A stretch of 64,000 nt of DNA from an uncultured Marinoscillum sp. (GCA_964351625.1 CAYGOV010000017.1:4054-68053), one strand, 5' to 3'. Positions 1-10,426 are shown, numbered from the stretch's first letter. Notes: generated by a model from the letters alone, not told the origin. Translations and numbers: made by a program.

Positions 1-252
1 TACGCTCCCCATCAATGTGGCTTTTCTTTGACTAGCCAATTGCAGCATCCACTTGAAGGTATCTGTGCCAGCTACTTCCGCGTATTTCTCTGGATTCATG
101 GAGAATCCTGTGGTGAACATCTCAGGAAGAATTATTAGATCAACTTCTTCTTCTATTTGCCAGATTTTTTCTTCTAGCATTGCCCGGTTGGCTGTTGGAT
201 TCTCCCAATACAACTCGGTTTGTACCAAAGCCAATTTTAGCCTATCAATCAC
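1..252 (-). CDS. Nitrilase-family amidohydrolase (omega-amidase YafV-like), N-terminal part; runs off the left edge
   Basis: Not in the ORF track. Manual translation from GTG at 252 gives MIDRLKLALVQTELYWENPTANRAMLEEKIWQIEEEVDLIILPEMFTTGFSM, with the carbon-nitrogen hydrolase LPEMF motif. GTGA overlap with the def stop. Confidence 0.85.
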   Translation of the reverse strand, partial: MIDRLKLALVQTELYWENPTANRAMLEEKIWQIEEEVDLIILPEMFTTGFSMNPEKYAEVAGTDTFKWMLQLASQRKATLMGSV

Positions 253-800
253 CTTTTGGCAGGTACTTTCACACGATAATCTGCATCTACTTTTCCTTTG
301 CTGATATTGGCAAGTTTGCCTTTGATTAATCTCTTTTTAAAAGAGGATATTAAATCAGTAAAAAGAATTCCCTCGATGTGATCATATTCATGTTGAATTA
401 CTCGAGCGTGCATGCCATCAAAAGTACGTTCCTGTAGTTCCCAATTTTCATCGTAATACTTGATTTTTATGATTGGCTTTCTACGAACATCCTCCCTAAT
501 ATTGGGAATACTGAGACATCCTTCTTCAAATGCCCAGATAGTACCATCTTCTTCTATGATCTGTGGATTTATAAAAGCACTTCTTAAACCTTCCTCATCC
601 TTTTCCATCATAGGTGTATTGTCCACCACAAAAAGTCTGACTGATTTTCCTATTTGAGGAGCAGCCAAGCCAACACCTGATGCCGCATGCATGGTTTCAA
701 ACATATCATCTATTAGCTGTGAAATATCCTCCCCAACAGGAATATCCTCTGCCATTTTCTTCAATACTGTGTCTCCGTATAACACTATTGGGTATATCAT
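249..800 (-). CDS. def: Peptide deformylase
   Basis: GVGLAAPQIG, EGCLS and QHEYDH motifs. Confidence 0.97.
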   Translation of the reverse strand: MIYPIVLYGDTVLKKMAEDIPVGEDISQLIDDMFETMHAASGVGLAAPQIGKSVRLFVVDNTPMMEKDEEGLRSAFINPQIIEEDGTIWAFEEGCLSIPNIREDVRRKPIIKIKYYDENWELQERTFDGMHARVIQHEYDHIEGILFTDLISSFKKRLIKGKLANISKGKVDADYRVKVPAKR

Positions 801-1210
801 CTCTTGCTCTCTAAATATGATTGTAAAATTATCGTTGCACTGACTAAATCAATATTTCCTTTATTTCGTCTGTCTTTTTTCTTACTTCCGCTCATTATCA
901 TCGAATCCAAAGCCATTTTAGAAGTAAATCGTTCATCATGCAAAATTAATGGCATAGTTGGGAAAAGTTTACGAAATCGGTTGGCAGTTGCCTCCACTAA
1001 GGGAGTGGCGTTTGTGGGTGTGCCATCTGTGTTTTTAGGGTAACCGAGCACTACCGCCTCTACCACTTCACGATCAAAATAGCTTTTCAAAAAATCCATC
1101 AAAGTATGAGAAGGTACCGTCTCAAGCGGAGTGGCTATTATAGCCAAAGGGTCAGTTACGGCAAGGCCAGTTCTTTTTGATCCGTAATCAATTGATAGTA
1201 TTCTTGCCAT
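797..1210 (-). CDS. ruvX: Holliday junction resolvase-like / pre-16S rRNA nuclease RuvX (YqgF)
   Basis: Likely start MARILSIDYGSKRTGLAVTD at 1210; DERFTS and IDLVSATIILQSYL motifs. The 56-aa N-terminal extension in the ORF track is probably not translated. Confidence 0.93.
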   Translation of the reverse strand: MARILSIDYGSKRTGLAVTDPLAIIATPLETVPSHTLMDFLKSYFDREVVEAVVLGYPKNTDGTPTNATPLVEATANRFRKLFPTMPLILHDERFTSKMALDSMIMSGSKKKDRRNKGNIDLVSATIILQSYLESKR

Positions 1211-1381
1211 AATGTACAAGGTATGCCCTAATAGGAATTGTCCACTAGCACACCTTTTTACTTCTTGCGGCAAAGATAAGCTTTGATTGATCCTGACAAA
1301 TAGTATCAAAAAAACGTTTTTGGGAGTGATGCGTTTATTTGACGTCAAGACTCGTAATTTTAACACCAAACAAGCCACAAA

Positions 1382-3007
1382 TTGGAGAATCGAAAAAATA
1401 GTAAAAGCGCAATCCGACTACCTATCTATATAGGCATAGCCATATCAGTTGGTGTACTTATTGGAGCCAATATGGCTGGATCAAATACCAACACAGACAA
1501 CCTTTTCGGTAGCGTTGCAAAGTTCCGTCAAGTCCTTACGCTCGTTCATAATGATTATGTTGACGATGTAGATACAGAGAAACTGGTGGAAACTGCCATA
1601 GTAGAAATGCTCAGTGAGCTTGACCCACACTCTATCTATCTACCAGCAGAAGATTCTGAAATAAGTAAATCTCAGCTGCAAGGAAATTTTGAGGGCATCG
1701 GTGTAGAATTCAACATTTTTAAGGACACGATATATGTGGTTTCTCCTATCAGCGGGGGTCCTTCAGAGTCATTGGGCATCATGCCTGGAGACAAAATAGT
1801 CACTGTTGATGATGAATTGGTTGCGGGTGTAGCCATAACTTCCAGAGGCGTAATTGACAGACTCAGAGGTGAGCGCGGTTCCAAGGTGAAAGTAGAAATA
1901 AAAAGAAAAGGTGAAGAAAAGCTTTTAGAATATGTGATCACTAGAGATGTGATTCCTCAATACTCTGTAGATGTTTCTTACATGGTCAATGATGAAGTTG
2001 GCTATATCAAAGTGAGCAGGTTTGCCGCTACTACTTACATGGAGTTCAAGGAGGCACTTGGGTCTTTGCAAAGTCAAGGGATGCGCAAGTTGATACTAGA
2101 TCTCACTGGCAACCCTGGTGGACGTATGAATGTCGCTATAAATATGGTAGACGAATTCTTGATGGGAAATCAAATGATCGTTTATACAAAAGGAAAATCA
2201 GCTCTCAATAATGATGAATATTACTCGAATGAGAAAGGTGATTTTGAAACTGGAACTGTCATCGTTTTGATAGACGAAGGATCTGCATCTGCTTCAGAAA
2301 TTGTTTCAGGAGCACTGCAAGATCATGATCGTGCATTGATTGTAGGAAGAAGGTCCTATGGTAAAGGGTTGGTTCAATTGCCAATGGACCTCAATGATGG
2401 CTCATCTATGATTTTGACCATAGCACGCTATTACACGCCAAGCGGTAGATCTATTCAAAAACCATATGGAGAGGATTCGGATGCTTATCTTATGGAATAT
2501 TACAACCGCTTTTCGAATGGGGAGATTTACTCTCAGGACAGCATAAAATTAAATGACAGCCTTGTCTATAAAACGGATAACGGAAGACTGGTTTATGGTG
2601 GCGGAGGTATCATGCCAGACTACTTTGTTCCTTTAGATACCACGGGGAATAGTAGCTATATAAGAAGACTTTTCAATTCAAACAGTATTGCTGAGTTCAG
2701 TCTTAATTACGTCGATAGCCATAGGGCAGAACTTGAAAAAATGAGTTTAAAGGAATATTTAGATGGTTTTGAAATCACCCCATCCATTATTGAAGAATTG
2801 AAGAAGGTTGGGGAAGCGAATGACGTTCCATTCGAAGAGAAGGATTTCAATAAATCCCAAAAACTGCTAAAAATCTATACAAAGGCATTTATTGCTAGAC
2901 ATATTTGGAAAAATGACGGCTTCTTCCCTATCTACAATGAGCAAAATGAGATTTTTCAAAAAGCGCTCACACTTGTAGATGAAGCTAGTCAACTTTCGAC
3001 CAATTAA
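1382..3007 (+). CDS. S41 family carboxy-terminal processing protease (N-terminal TM, PDZ, catalytic domain)
   Basis: FEGIGVEF PDZ motif, DLTGNPGG, SASASEIVSGALQD, GKGLVQ. Confidence 0.93.
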   Translation: MENRKNSKSAIRLPIYIGIAISVGVLIGANMAGSNTNTDNLFGSVAKFRQVLTLVHNDYVDDVDTEKLVETAIVEMLSELDPHSIYLPAEDSEISKSQLQGNFEGIGVEFNIFKDTIYVVSPISGGPSESLGIMPGDKIVTVDDELVAGVAITSRGVIDRLRGERGSKVKVEIKRKGEEKLLEYVITRDVIPQYSVDVSYMVNDEVGYIKVSRFAATTYMEFKEALGSLQSQGMRKLILDLTGNPGGRMNVAINMVDEFLMGNQMIVYTKGKSALNNDEYYSNEKGDFETGTVIVLIDEGSASASEIVSGALQDHDRALIVGRRSYGKGLVQLPMDLNDGSSMILTIARYYTPSGRSIQKPYGEDSDAYLMEYYNRFSNGEIYSQDSIKLNDSLVYKTDNGRLVYGGGGIMPDYFVPLDTTGNSSYIRRLFNSNSIAEFSLNYVDSHRAELEKMSLKEYLDGFEITPSIIEELKKVGEANDVPFEEKDFNKSQKLLKIYTKAFIARHIWKNDGFFPIYNEQNEIFQKALTLVDEASQLSTN

Positions 3008-3021
3008 AACCCAAAAATGAA

Positions 3022-4182
3022 ATGACATTTTATCATCGTCTTGGCGAAATACCACCCAAAAGACATACTCAATTCAGAAAACCAGATGGTTCGCTTTACG
3101 CGGAGGAGCTTGTGTCGAGTAAAGGCTTTTCTGGGATCTATTCGAACCTATATCACCATACACCCCCTACTAGAATAAAAGGGATAAATACACCTGTGCC
3201 TTTCAAAGAAGAAATGGCTAAAGATCACGGATTGCGCCAAACCCATCTGAACACGAGCAATGTTGGTATCACGGGTGAAGATTATCTAGGAGCACGTGAA
3301 GCGCTGCTAATGAACAATGATGTAGTAATGTCTCTTTGTAATCCTTCGAGCAGATCAATGGATTATTTTTATAAAAATGCAGAGGGAGATGAAGTGATAT
3401 ACATCCATGATGGCGATGGATGGTTGCTATCGCAATTTGGAAAGCTGCGTGTAAAGCAAGGCGACTATGTGGTCATTCCTCGCACGACTATCTACAAATT
3501 TGAATGGGATGAAGGCCCTTTACGACTGCTTATCATGGAGTCAACCTCGCCTATTGAGACAGTAAGAAGATATAGAAATGAACTAGGCCAGCTCATGGAG
3601 CACTCACCATACTGTGAACGTGATATTAGGCCACCTGCAGAATTAATCACTGACACAAGCAAGGGTAAGTTTCTAATGCAGATCAAGAAAGATGGGATGC
3701 TCCATCAGTATGAATATGACCAATCCCCTTTTGATTTAGTAGGCTGGGATGGTTACCTATTTCCATATGCATTGTCCATTCATGATTTTGAGCCGATAAC
3801 AGGCCGAATCCATCAGCCACCTCCCGTTCATCAGACTTTTCAAAGTCAAGGCTTTGTGATTTGTTCTTTTGTTCCGAGACTGTTCGATTATCACCCAAAT
3901 GCGATCCCAGCTCCATATAACCACTCCAACATTGATAGTGACGAAGTGCTATATTATGCTGAAGGTGACTTCATGAGTAGAAAAGGGATCTCACGCGGTT
4001 CATTTACCCTACATCCAGGTGGGTTACCGCATGGGCCTCATCCAGGCACTGTAGAGAAAAGCATAGGCGCGAAATCTACAGAGGAATTGGCTGTAATGCT
4101 GGACACTTTCAGGCCTTTGTACCTGACTAAATCTGCTCTCAAATATGTGGATAAAGACTACCCGATGAGTTGGACAGTATAA
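3022..4182 (+). CDS. hmgA: Homogentisate 1,2-dioxygenase
   Basis: Double cupin with FVICSFVPR, APYNHSNIDSDEVLYY and TLHPGGLPHGPHPG iron-binding motifs. Confidence 0.92.
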   Translation: MTFYHRLGEIPPKRHTQFRKPDGSLYAEELVSSKGFSGIYSNLYHHTPPTRIKGINTPVPFKEEMAKDHGLRQTHLNTSNVGITGEDYLGAREALLMNNDVVMSLCNPSSRSMDYFYKNAEGDEVIYIHDGDGWLLSQFGKLRVKQGDYVVIPRTTIYKFEWDEGPLRLLIMESTSPIETVRRYRNELGQLMEHSPYCERDIRPPAELITDTSKGKFLMQIKKDGMLHQYEYDQSPFDLVGWDGYLFPYALSIHDFEPITGRIHQPPPVHQTFQSQGFVICSFVPRLFDYHPNAIPAPYNHSNIDSDEVLYYAEGDFMSRKGISRGSFTLHPGGLPHGPHPGTVEKSIGAKSTEELAVMLDTFRPLYLTKSALKYVDKDYPMSWTV

Positions 4183-4197
4183 AATCGATGGTCCTAA

Positions 4198-5310
4198 ATG
4201 GTTAAAAAAATATTCAAAGCCCTCCTTTTGGGTATTACTCTGATCTTTATAGTTGGGGTGATTTTCGTATCATTCTCCCCTCAATTTGGGCAGCCGCCAA
4301 AAGGTGAAGATGTTAAAAAGGTAGAGGAATCGTCAAATTACTTTGATGGTCAATTCCAAAATTTGATAGAAACTAAAATGGATTATAGCATGTCGAATAT
4401 CATAGGCATGCTAAAGGAAACTTCAAATGCTATCAACACTTCACCATCATCAGCGATCGAGACTGCTTTTGGTAGTTCATCACCAAATCCCACCGATAGC
4501 ATACTTTCAATCACTTGGTATGGGCACTCAGCTATTTTACTGGAATTGGCTGGTCAAAGGATTTTTCTAGATCCAATGCTCGGTGATGCGGCTTCTCCAT
4601 TGCCCATTTTTGGTCAGCGTTTCGGTAACAATCCTCCATTTGATCTAGACCAAATCGGCGATTTAGATGTGGTGGTATTTTCTCACGATCATTATGATCA
4701 CTTGGACTATCCTACCATAAAAGCTATTAAAGATCGAGTTGGACATTTCATTGTTCCGCTCGGACTTGGTTCACATCTCCGAAGTTGGGAAGTAGCCCCT
4801 GAGCGCATTACTGAACTGGACTGGTGGGAAACAACATCTATTGGAACATTTAGCTACACAGCCACACCAGCTCGTCACTTTTCGGGACGTAGTATTGGTG
4901 ATTCAAATAGTACGCTTTGGGCATCTTGGGTGATCAAAAACGAAACCCATTCATTGTATTTCAGTGGAGATGGTGGCTATGGTCCTCATTTCAAAGAAAT
5001 CGGCGAAAAGCATGGCCCTTTCGACTTTGCTATGATGGAATGTGGCCAGTACAACAAAAGATGGGAAGCCATCCATATGATGCCTGAGCAAACAGTCCAA
5101 GCAACTTTAGATTTGAAGGCTGAAAGAATGATGCCTATTCACTGGGGAGCATTTGCACTTTCCCCACACCCTTGGTATGAACCTGCCGAGTGGGTTAAGA
5201 TAGCCGCTGAAAAGGAGAACGTTCAGCTGGTTTTACCCCAAATTGGCAAACGTATCTCACCCCTCGCTTACGCTTCAAACGAAATTTATTGGTGGCGTCT
5301 AGTTGATTAA
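4198..5310 (+). CDS. MBL-fold metallohydrolase (RomA/NAPE-PLD-like) with N-terminal anchor
   Basis: TWYGHS, SHDHYDHLD, PARHFSGR, SGDGGY and PIHWG motifs. Confidence 0.88.
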   Translation: MVKKIFKALLLGITLIFIVGVIFVSFSPQFGQPPKGEDVKKVEESSNYFDGQFQNLIETKMDYSMSNIIGMLKETSNAINTSPSSAIETAFGSSSPNPTDSILSITWYGHSAILLELAGQRIFLDPMLGDAASPLPIFGQRFGNNPPFDLDQIGDLDVVVFSHDHYDHLDYPTIKAIKDRVGHFIVPLGLGSHLRSWEVAPERITELDWWETTSIGTFSYTATPARHFSGRSIGDSNSTLWASWVIKNETHSLYFSGDGGYGPHFKEIGEKHGPFDFAMMECGQYNKRWEAIHMMPEQTVQATLDLKAERMMPIHWGAFALSPHPWYEPAEWVKIAAEKENVQLVLPQIGKRISPLAYASNEIYWWRLVD

Positions 5311-7142
5311 ATCTCTAGCGCCTTTGCATAGGCGTCTTCGTAATACTTTATCAGGTTTGACCAGTCAAAGAGCGATGATGAGCTTTCTGTACGGTTCCTA
5401 AGATCTATACGCTCTCTTCGACTTAGCTTCACATAGTTGTACATTTTGTTAGCCAAGTTGCCAGCAGCTTCGTCAAAGGATTTTTTATTTCTTTTCACTA
5501 GATAGATTCCTCTTTTGTCATGATCCGGTACATTTTCGTTTACAAAATCCCCAAATCCAGCTAGGTCACTTGTCACAGTTGGCACTCCAGAAGCGATGCA
5601 CTCTAGTGGTGTATATCCCCACGGCTCATAATAACTTGGGAATACTCCAAGGTGACAACCACGAACAAACTGTCCATAATCCATTGAGAAAAGTGGGTTT
5701 GTATAGTTGATGAAATCAGGGTGATAAACCACCTTCACTCTATCATATTCATTATTTATAAGATTGGAGGTCCTAAGGAAATTCAATATTTCGTCCCCTC
5801 CATCATCGTGCAAATTATGAGTTACAATAGGCGGTAAATTTTTTGACTTCCATGTTTGTAGTGTCCTCCTAAATCTCAATCTCCAATAGTCATCTACAAA
5901 TTCGTTAAGCTGTGGGAGCTTCGTATCCTTTCGCTTGATAGCTTCGAACAGCAACTTTTCACCAACCTGCTTTTTAATTGACTCTATTACATGGCGAAAC
6001 TCCTCCATCAATGCGCGACTTTCTAGTATGTCTGGATTGATACTATAATACGGTCTCTTAGTTATGAAAAACATGACCACAGTAATCTCAGATTTCTCCG
6101 TTTGCAACCTATGGTTCAACCTTGCGAGAGCTTCGAGCGTGAGATCGTATCCTTTATTTAGATATTCGTATCTACCCGAGGTGAAAAAATACATGGTCTT
6201 ATCCAGATCGAATGTGTAACTGGAAAAGAAATGAGTCATTGTGAATGAGTGGATCTTATTTTTATTCTCCAAATGAAGATTTTGGAATTCATGCAGCGCT
6301 TCAAATCTTTGATTGTTGATACCATTAGGAAGAATCACATCAGGATTTCTCCCAAGCAATTGCCTACATTCTTTGGCTGTCACTTCGCTGACCGTGCTAA
6401 AAATGTGCGCTCCATGTGCCGCAGCTCGCTCAATCATGACATTGGATTCTATATTGAAATGCTGTGCCTCCTTCTGCCAGTCCATAAATGCTAGATGATC
6501 ATAAAACTGAGGATCATTCATCGCCAGATATCTCCCAAGTAATGTTGCGTGGGTTGTGAAAATAGTCTTAATGCCAACTTTATCTCTCCTCAATCCAGGT
6601 ATACCTGATGCCGCCATCCATTCATGAAAATGTGCTACAATTTTGCGCTTCCCTTTTACCTCTTGATCCAGCATTGTAAGATAGATACGTACCATCTCAC
6701 CAAATACCAGCACGTCATTTAACAAATGATCATCACTTGGTGTCGAAATACCATGGCCCTCCCAGAGACTGTACTTTATATCACCTAGACGATGCATATA
6801 ACTGCCTAGTTCAAAAAGAATAACTTTAGGTCTACCAGATACAAGCCAATCTCCATAATGCACTACACAGCCCATATCCCTCATACGTTTCACAGCTTTA
6901 CTGTAGTGGTCCTGGCCTAACTCAAGCGGTTCAAATTCAGCGGCTACATTTCCAGGCATATATGGCCCAATAAGGCAATAGTTCGAACCCCACTTTGGAA
7001 CCACCGTCGGAACCTTGGATCTAATCACAGTATATATTCCACCTACTTGATTCAACACCTCCCATGCGATCTCGAGTAATAAGGTATTCGAAACTTGACC
7101 TTTGGTCAAACGTTTAGTTCTGATCTGTGTAGCCTTATTCAT
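5307..7142 (-). CDS. Glycogen synthase, GT3 (yeast/animal-type) family
   Basis: EIAWEVLNQVGGIYTVIRSK, HFHEW, FTTHATLLGRYL, SGRYEYLNKG and GVFPSYYEPWGYTPLEC motifs typical of GT3. Confidence 0.9.
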   Translation of the reverse strand: MNKATQIRTKRLTKGQVSNTLLLEIAWEVLNQVGGIYTVIRSKVPTVVPKWGSNYCLIGPYMPGNVAAEFEPLELGQDHYSKAVKRMRDMGCVVHYGDWLVSGRPKVILFELGSYMHRLGDIKYSLWEGHGISTPSDDHLLNDVLVFGEMVRIYLTMLDQEVKGKRKIVAHFHEWMAASGIPGLRRDKVGIKTIFTTHATLLGRYLAMNDPQFYDHLAFMDWQKEAQHFNIESNVMIERAAAHGAHIFSTVSEVTAKECRQLLGRNPDVILPNGINNQRFEALHEFQNLHLENKNKIHSFTMTHFFSSYTFDLDKTMYFFTSGRYEYLNKGYDLTLEALARLNHRLQTEKSEITVVMFFITKRPYYSINPDILESRALMEEFRHVIESIKKQVGEKLLFEAIKRKDTKLPQLNEFVDDYWRLRFRRTLQTWKSKNLPPIVTHNLHDDGGDEILNFLRTSNLINNEYDRVKVVYHPDFINYTNPLFSMDYGQFVRGCHLGVFPSYYEPWGYTPLECIASGVPTVTSDLAGFGDFVNENVPDHDKRGIYLVKRNKKSFDEAAGNLANKMYNYVKLSRRERIDLRNRTESSSSLFDWSNLIKYYEDAYAKALEI

Positions 7143-7298
7143 TTTAAATATTTTTAATTCTAAGCCTAAATAAAAACAAATAATTCATCTTTTATAATAA
7201 CGGAGAAAATCATTTAGTTGGAAACATTTTTCCTAATCGTATCAACTAAAATTCTTAAGATATGCAACTTTTAAATGTGAGTCTGCATCATTTAAGAA

Positions 7299-7457
7299 AT
7301 GAAAGCTAACCGCACAGTTACTTTATTGCTTATTATTTCACTCCTTGCATACATAGTAGAGATGGAGCGAGTGCTCTATTCCAAATACTTTACTGCTTCA
7401 ATAGAGCAAGTGACTGAGAACTCGCAGACATCTTCTTTGATGAGTTCTCTTCACTAA
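7299..7457 (+). CDS. Putative 52-aa small membrane protein
   Basis: Manual translation MKANRTVTLLLIISLLAYIVEMERVLYSKYFTASIEQVTENSQTSSLMSSLH. Positive N-terminus then a hydrophobic stretch, in an otherwise empty 446-bp gap. Confidence 0.35.
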   Translation: MKANRTVTLLLIISLLAYIVEMERVLYSKYFTASIEQVTENSQTSSLMSSLH

Positions 7458-7589
7458 ATGACACTATACATTCTTCTATTAGAGAAATCTAAGGTTACAA
7501 TCGTCCATTAATTCGAAGCTTTATATTAGTTTTCCAGTAATTTTGAAGGAAAAATAGAAAACCCTAAGGTTTTCGACAATTGACGAATT

Positions 7590-8492
7590 ATGAAAAACAA
7601 TGAATCCTATTTGGCCTTTTTAGAAATCTGGCATGTATCGATGTGGTATTTGTTTCTAGCGGCACTAGCAGTATCGATTATTTTTGTGTTTAAATATTGG
7701 TTACAATTCATGCTTGCTGGCACGTTTAAAGAGAAATTTGATGTGGCGAGTTTATATGAAAGCAAAAGTTACCTGAGGGCTAACTACGCACTAGCTGCTG
7801 CGATTTTCTTTTTCTTAAACACCGTTTATGATGAGACAGTCACACTCAATTATTTCTGGGTATTCATAAGAATTTTCGTTGCGTTCTGTATTTCAACTTT
7901 ACATGTGTACATCGCCTATTTGATGTTCAAATACTACTACCCAGGTCCTTTGGAAAAAAAGCTCAAAAAATTAAGATACACTCCTAGGATCAACCCGAGT
8001 ACAGGTAACGAAATGAAACTTCTAGGCGAGGACGAAGAAGATACATATCTGGATGAAGGGATGCAGGCAGAAGAAGATGCATTTTCTGTTGATTACGATG
8101 TTTGGATAGATCCAGAAACCCAAGAAACCAAAATAGAAAAGTATCAGGGGCACTTAAGTGCGTTTGAATGTGATCGTTGTGGATTTCAGACGCTTAAGCT
8201 TCAAAAAGAAACTATCCTAAAACAAGCTACCGATTTTGAGGACGGTGAAATTGAGAAAGAATTCTTGTGCTCGTATTGTGGAAGAATAAAAAGAAAAACT
8301 CAAACACTCTCTAAAAACGTAGATAAGAGCGCCTTAGCATCCAAAAAAGAAGGTAGTGTCATTCCCGATATTGAGGCTGTGAAAGTTGAAATACACGGAA
8401 CTAATGGTGAGACTAAATTATTTGAATTTCAGAACACTGCTCAAGCGAAGAAATTCTTGGAAGAGTTTGACTTTAAAAAGATTCACTACTAG
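7590..8492 (+). CDS. Hypothetical membrane protein, about 3 TM, acidic linker, C-terminal CxxC...CxxC zinc ribbon
   Basis: Hydrophobic N-terminal third; acidic DEEDTYLDEGMQAEEDAFSVDYDVW; CDRC and CSYC pairs. Confidence 0.8.
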   Translation: MKNNESYLAFLEIWHVSMWYLFLAALAVSIIFVFKYWLQFMLAGTFKEKFDVASLYESKSYLRANYALAAAIFFFLNTVYDETVTLNYFWVFIRIFVAFCISTLHVYIAYLMFKYYYPGPLEKKLKKLRYTPRINPSTGNEMKLLGEDEEDTYLDEGMQAEEDAFSVDYDVWIDPETQETKIEKYQGHLSAFECDRCGFQTLKLQKETILKQATDFEDGEIEKEFLCSYCGRIKRKTQTLSKNVDKSALASKKEGSVIPDIEAVKVEIHGTNGETKLFEFQNTAQAKKFLEEFDFKKIHY

Positions 8493-8511
8493 AATCTTTT
8501 TAAGTAACAGG

Positions 8512-8542
8512 AACCGCTTTCTTTTCAGAAAGCGGTTTTTTT
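8512..8542 (+). terminator. Intrinsic terminator between convergent genes
   Basis: 11-bp perfect stem AACCGCTTTCT/AGAAAGCGGTT, 4-nt loop, followed by a T run. Confidence 0.8.
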
Positions 8543-9425
8543 ATGCCTTTCGAGTGGCATTGGTTACATATACTCCAAGAAGTATTGCCGCTATGCCTAA
8601 ATAATGAGCTAGATAAAGCATCTCACCATCCCACAAACCCCAAACTACCGCCACAATAGGTATAATGTATGTGACTGAAGATGTGAAAACAGGATCCGTT
8701 AGACTCACTAGTCTATTGAAAATAATCAATGCGATAGCCGTGCCCATCACACCTAATAACACGATGAACCCCGCCGCATGCATTACTGCAGGGTCAGCAA
8801 TTACACGCGAAGAAAAGTCAGTAAAACAAAGCAACTGTATCGCGGCAATAGGGCCAACGAAAGATAATGAAACACTAGTAATAGTAAGAGAGCTCAATTC
8901 CTGCAGGTGATATTTTATGATATTGATATTGAAAGCATACATCAGGGTAGCTAGAATCACAAAAAACGCATAGAAGTTAATATTAGAGAAACTGCCACCT
9001 GAATTAGCGATCACCAAAACCACTGTGCCAATGAAACCTATTAAAACACCATAAAACACCCGGAATGATTGTCTCTGCTTATAGATCAAATAACCAACCA
9101 GCATAGTAAACAATGGTGTGAGTGCATTCAATACTCCAGTCACCCCACTTGGTAACCGTGTCTGAGCAATAGCAAAAAGAAAAGCTGGGATCAGACTCCC
9201 TAAAAACCCTATGGAAATAAGATAGAGAACATGTTTCTTTTTGACTCTTCTGATGCGAATAGCAACAATAGGGAGCACAAAAACAGAAGCGGCTAGAATC
9301 CTCAAAGACCCAACCTCGAAAAAACTAAGATGTTGAAGACCTCTTTTTATTAAAATAAACGAACTACCCCATATAAGAGAGAGAGCCACCAAAAGAATCC
9401 AGGCTAAAATCGGGCGCTTTGTCAT
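8541..9425 (-). CDS. EamA/DMT family transporter
   Basis: About 10 TM; LIWGSSF N-terminal motif; two-repeat organisation. Confidence 0.9.
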   Translation of the reverse strand: MTKRPILAWILLVALSLIWGSSFILIKRGLQHLSFFEVGSLRILAASVFVLPIVAIRIRRVKKKHVLYLISIGFLGSLIPAFLFAIAQTRLPSGVTGVLNALTPLFTMLVGYLIYKQRQSFRVFYGVLIGFIGTVVLVIANSGGSFSNINFYAFFVILATLMYAFNINIIKYHLQELSSLTITSVSLSFVGPIAAIQLLCFTDFSSRVIADPAVMHAAGFIVLLGVMGTAIALIIFNRLVSLTDPVFTSSVTYIIPIVAVVWGLWDGEMLYLAHYLGIAAILLGVYVTNATRKA

Positions 9426-9433
9426 ATAAAGCC

Positions 9434-10426
9434 TTAAGCTATTACTGCCTCTTGAAAAACTTCTGGTATTTCATTAAGAGTGGCCATCACCTCATCAAAT
9501 GAATCTGACTCTACGAGTCTCGTACGATGACTTTTGAAATTTGGAATGCCACGGAAGTAATTGGTGTAGTGTCTTCTCATCTCGAAGATTCCCTTTAGCT
9601 CCCCTTTCCATTCTACAGAAAATATTAGGTGCTTTTTGGCTACTGACACACGCTCTTCCAAAGTAGGCTTTGCAAGGTGCTCACCTGTAGCCATGAAATG
9701 CTTTATTTCTTTAAATATCCAAGGATAACCAATGGCAGCTCGGCCAATCATGATTCCATCTACCTGATATTTCTCTTTGTATTCGAGTGCTTTTTCAGGG
9801 CTATCAATATCTCCATTACCAAAGATTGGAATGTGAATGTCTGGATGATTTTTCACTTCTGCAATCTTTGTCCAGTCTGCTTCTCCTTTGTACATCTGCT
9901 GTCGTGTTCGGCCATGAATCGTTAAAGCTTGGATGCCCACATCTTGCAAACGCTTGGCTACTTCCACTATCCTAATCGTACTATCATCCCAACCAAGTCT
10001 GGTTTTAACTGTGACTGGCTTATTTACGGCTTTTACTATTTCTGCAGTCATTTCCTGCATCTTAGGAATGTCAAGCAAGATCCCTGCACCAGCTCCCTTG
10101 CAAGCCACTTTCTTTACCGGACAGCCATAGTTAATGTCTATAAGTTCCGGATTAGCTGCTTCGGCTATGGCTGCTGCTTGGCGCATTGAGTCTATCTTAT
10201 CTCCAAATATTTGAATGCCAATTGGACGTTCGTAATCATAGATATCCAATTTCTCAACACTTTTAGACGCATCTCGAATCAACCCCTCCGATGATATAAA
10301 CTCCGTATACATCAAATCTGCCCCATTCTCCTTACAAACCGCCCTAAACGGCGGATCGCTTACATCCTCCATTGGCGCAAGAAGCAATGGAAATTCACCA
10401 ATCTCTAAGTTTCCTATTTTGACCAC
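9434..10426 (-). CDS. dusB: tRNA-dihydrouridine synthase B
   Basis: LAPMEDVSD, DINYGCP, TVKTRLGW, TIHGRT, GNGDI and MIGRAAIGYPW motifs. Confidence 0.95.
   Translation of the reverse strand: MVKIGNLEIGEFPLLLAPMEDVSDPPFRAVCKENGADLMYTEFISSEGLIRDASKSVEKLDIYDYERPIGIQIFGDKIDSMRQAAAIAEAANPELIDINYGCPVKKVACKGAGAGILLDIPKMQEMTAEIVKAVNKPVTVKTRLGWDDSTIRIVEVAKRLQDVGIQALTIHGRTRQQMYKGEADWTKIAEVKNHPDIHIPIFGNGDIDSPEKALEYKEKYQVDGIMIGRAAIGYPWIFKEIKHFMATGEHLAKPTLEERVSVAKKHLIFSVEWKGELKGIFEMRRHYTNYFRGIPNFKSHRTRLVESDSFDEVMATLNEIPEVFQEAVIA

Noticed and set aside
1211-1378. N-terminal extension of RuvX
   Set aside because: Homology begins at MARILSID; the extension reads like intergenic sequence.
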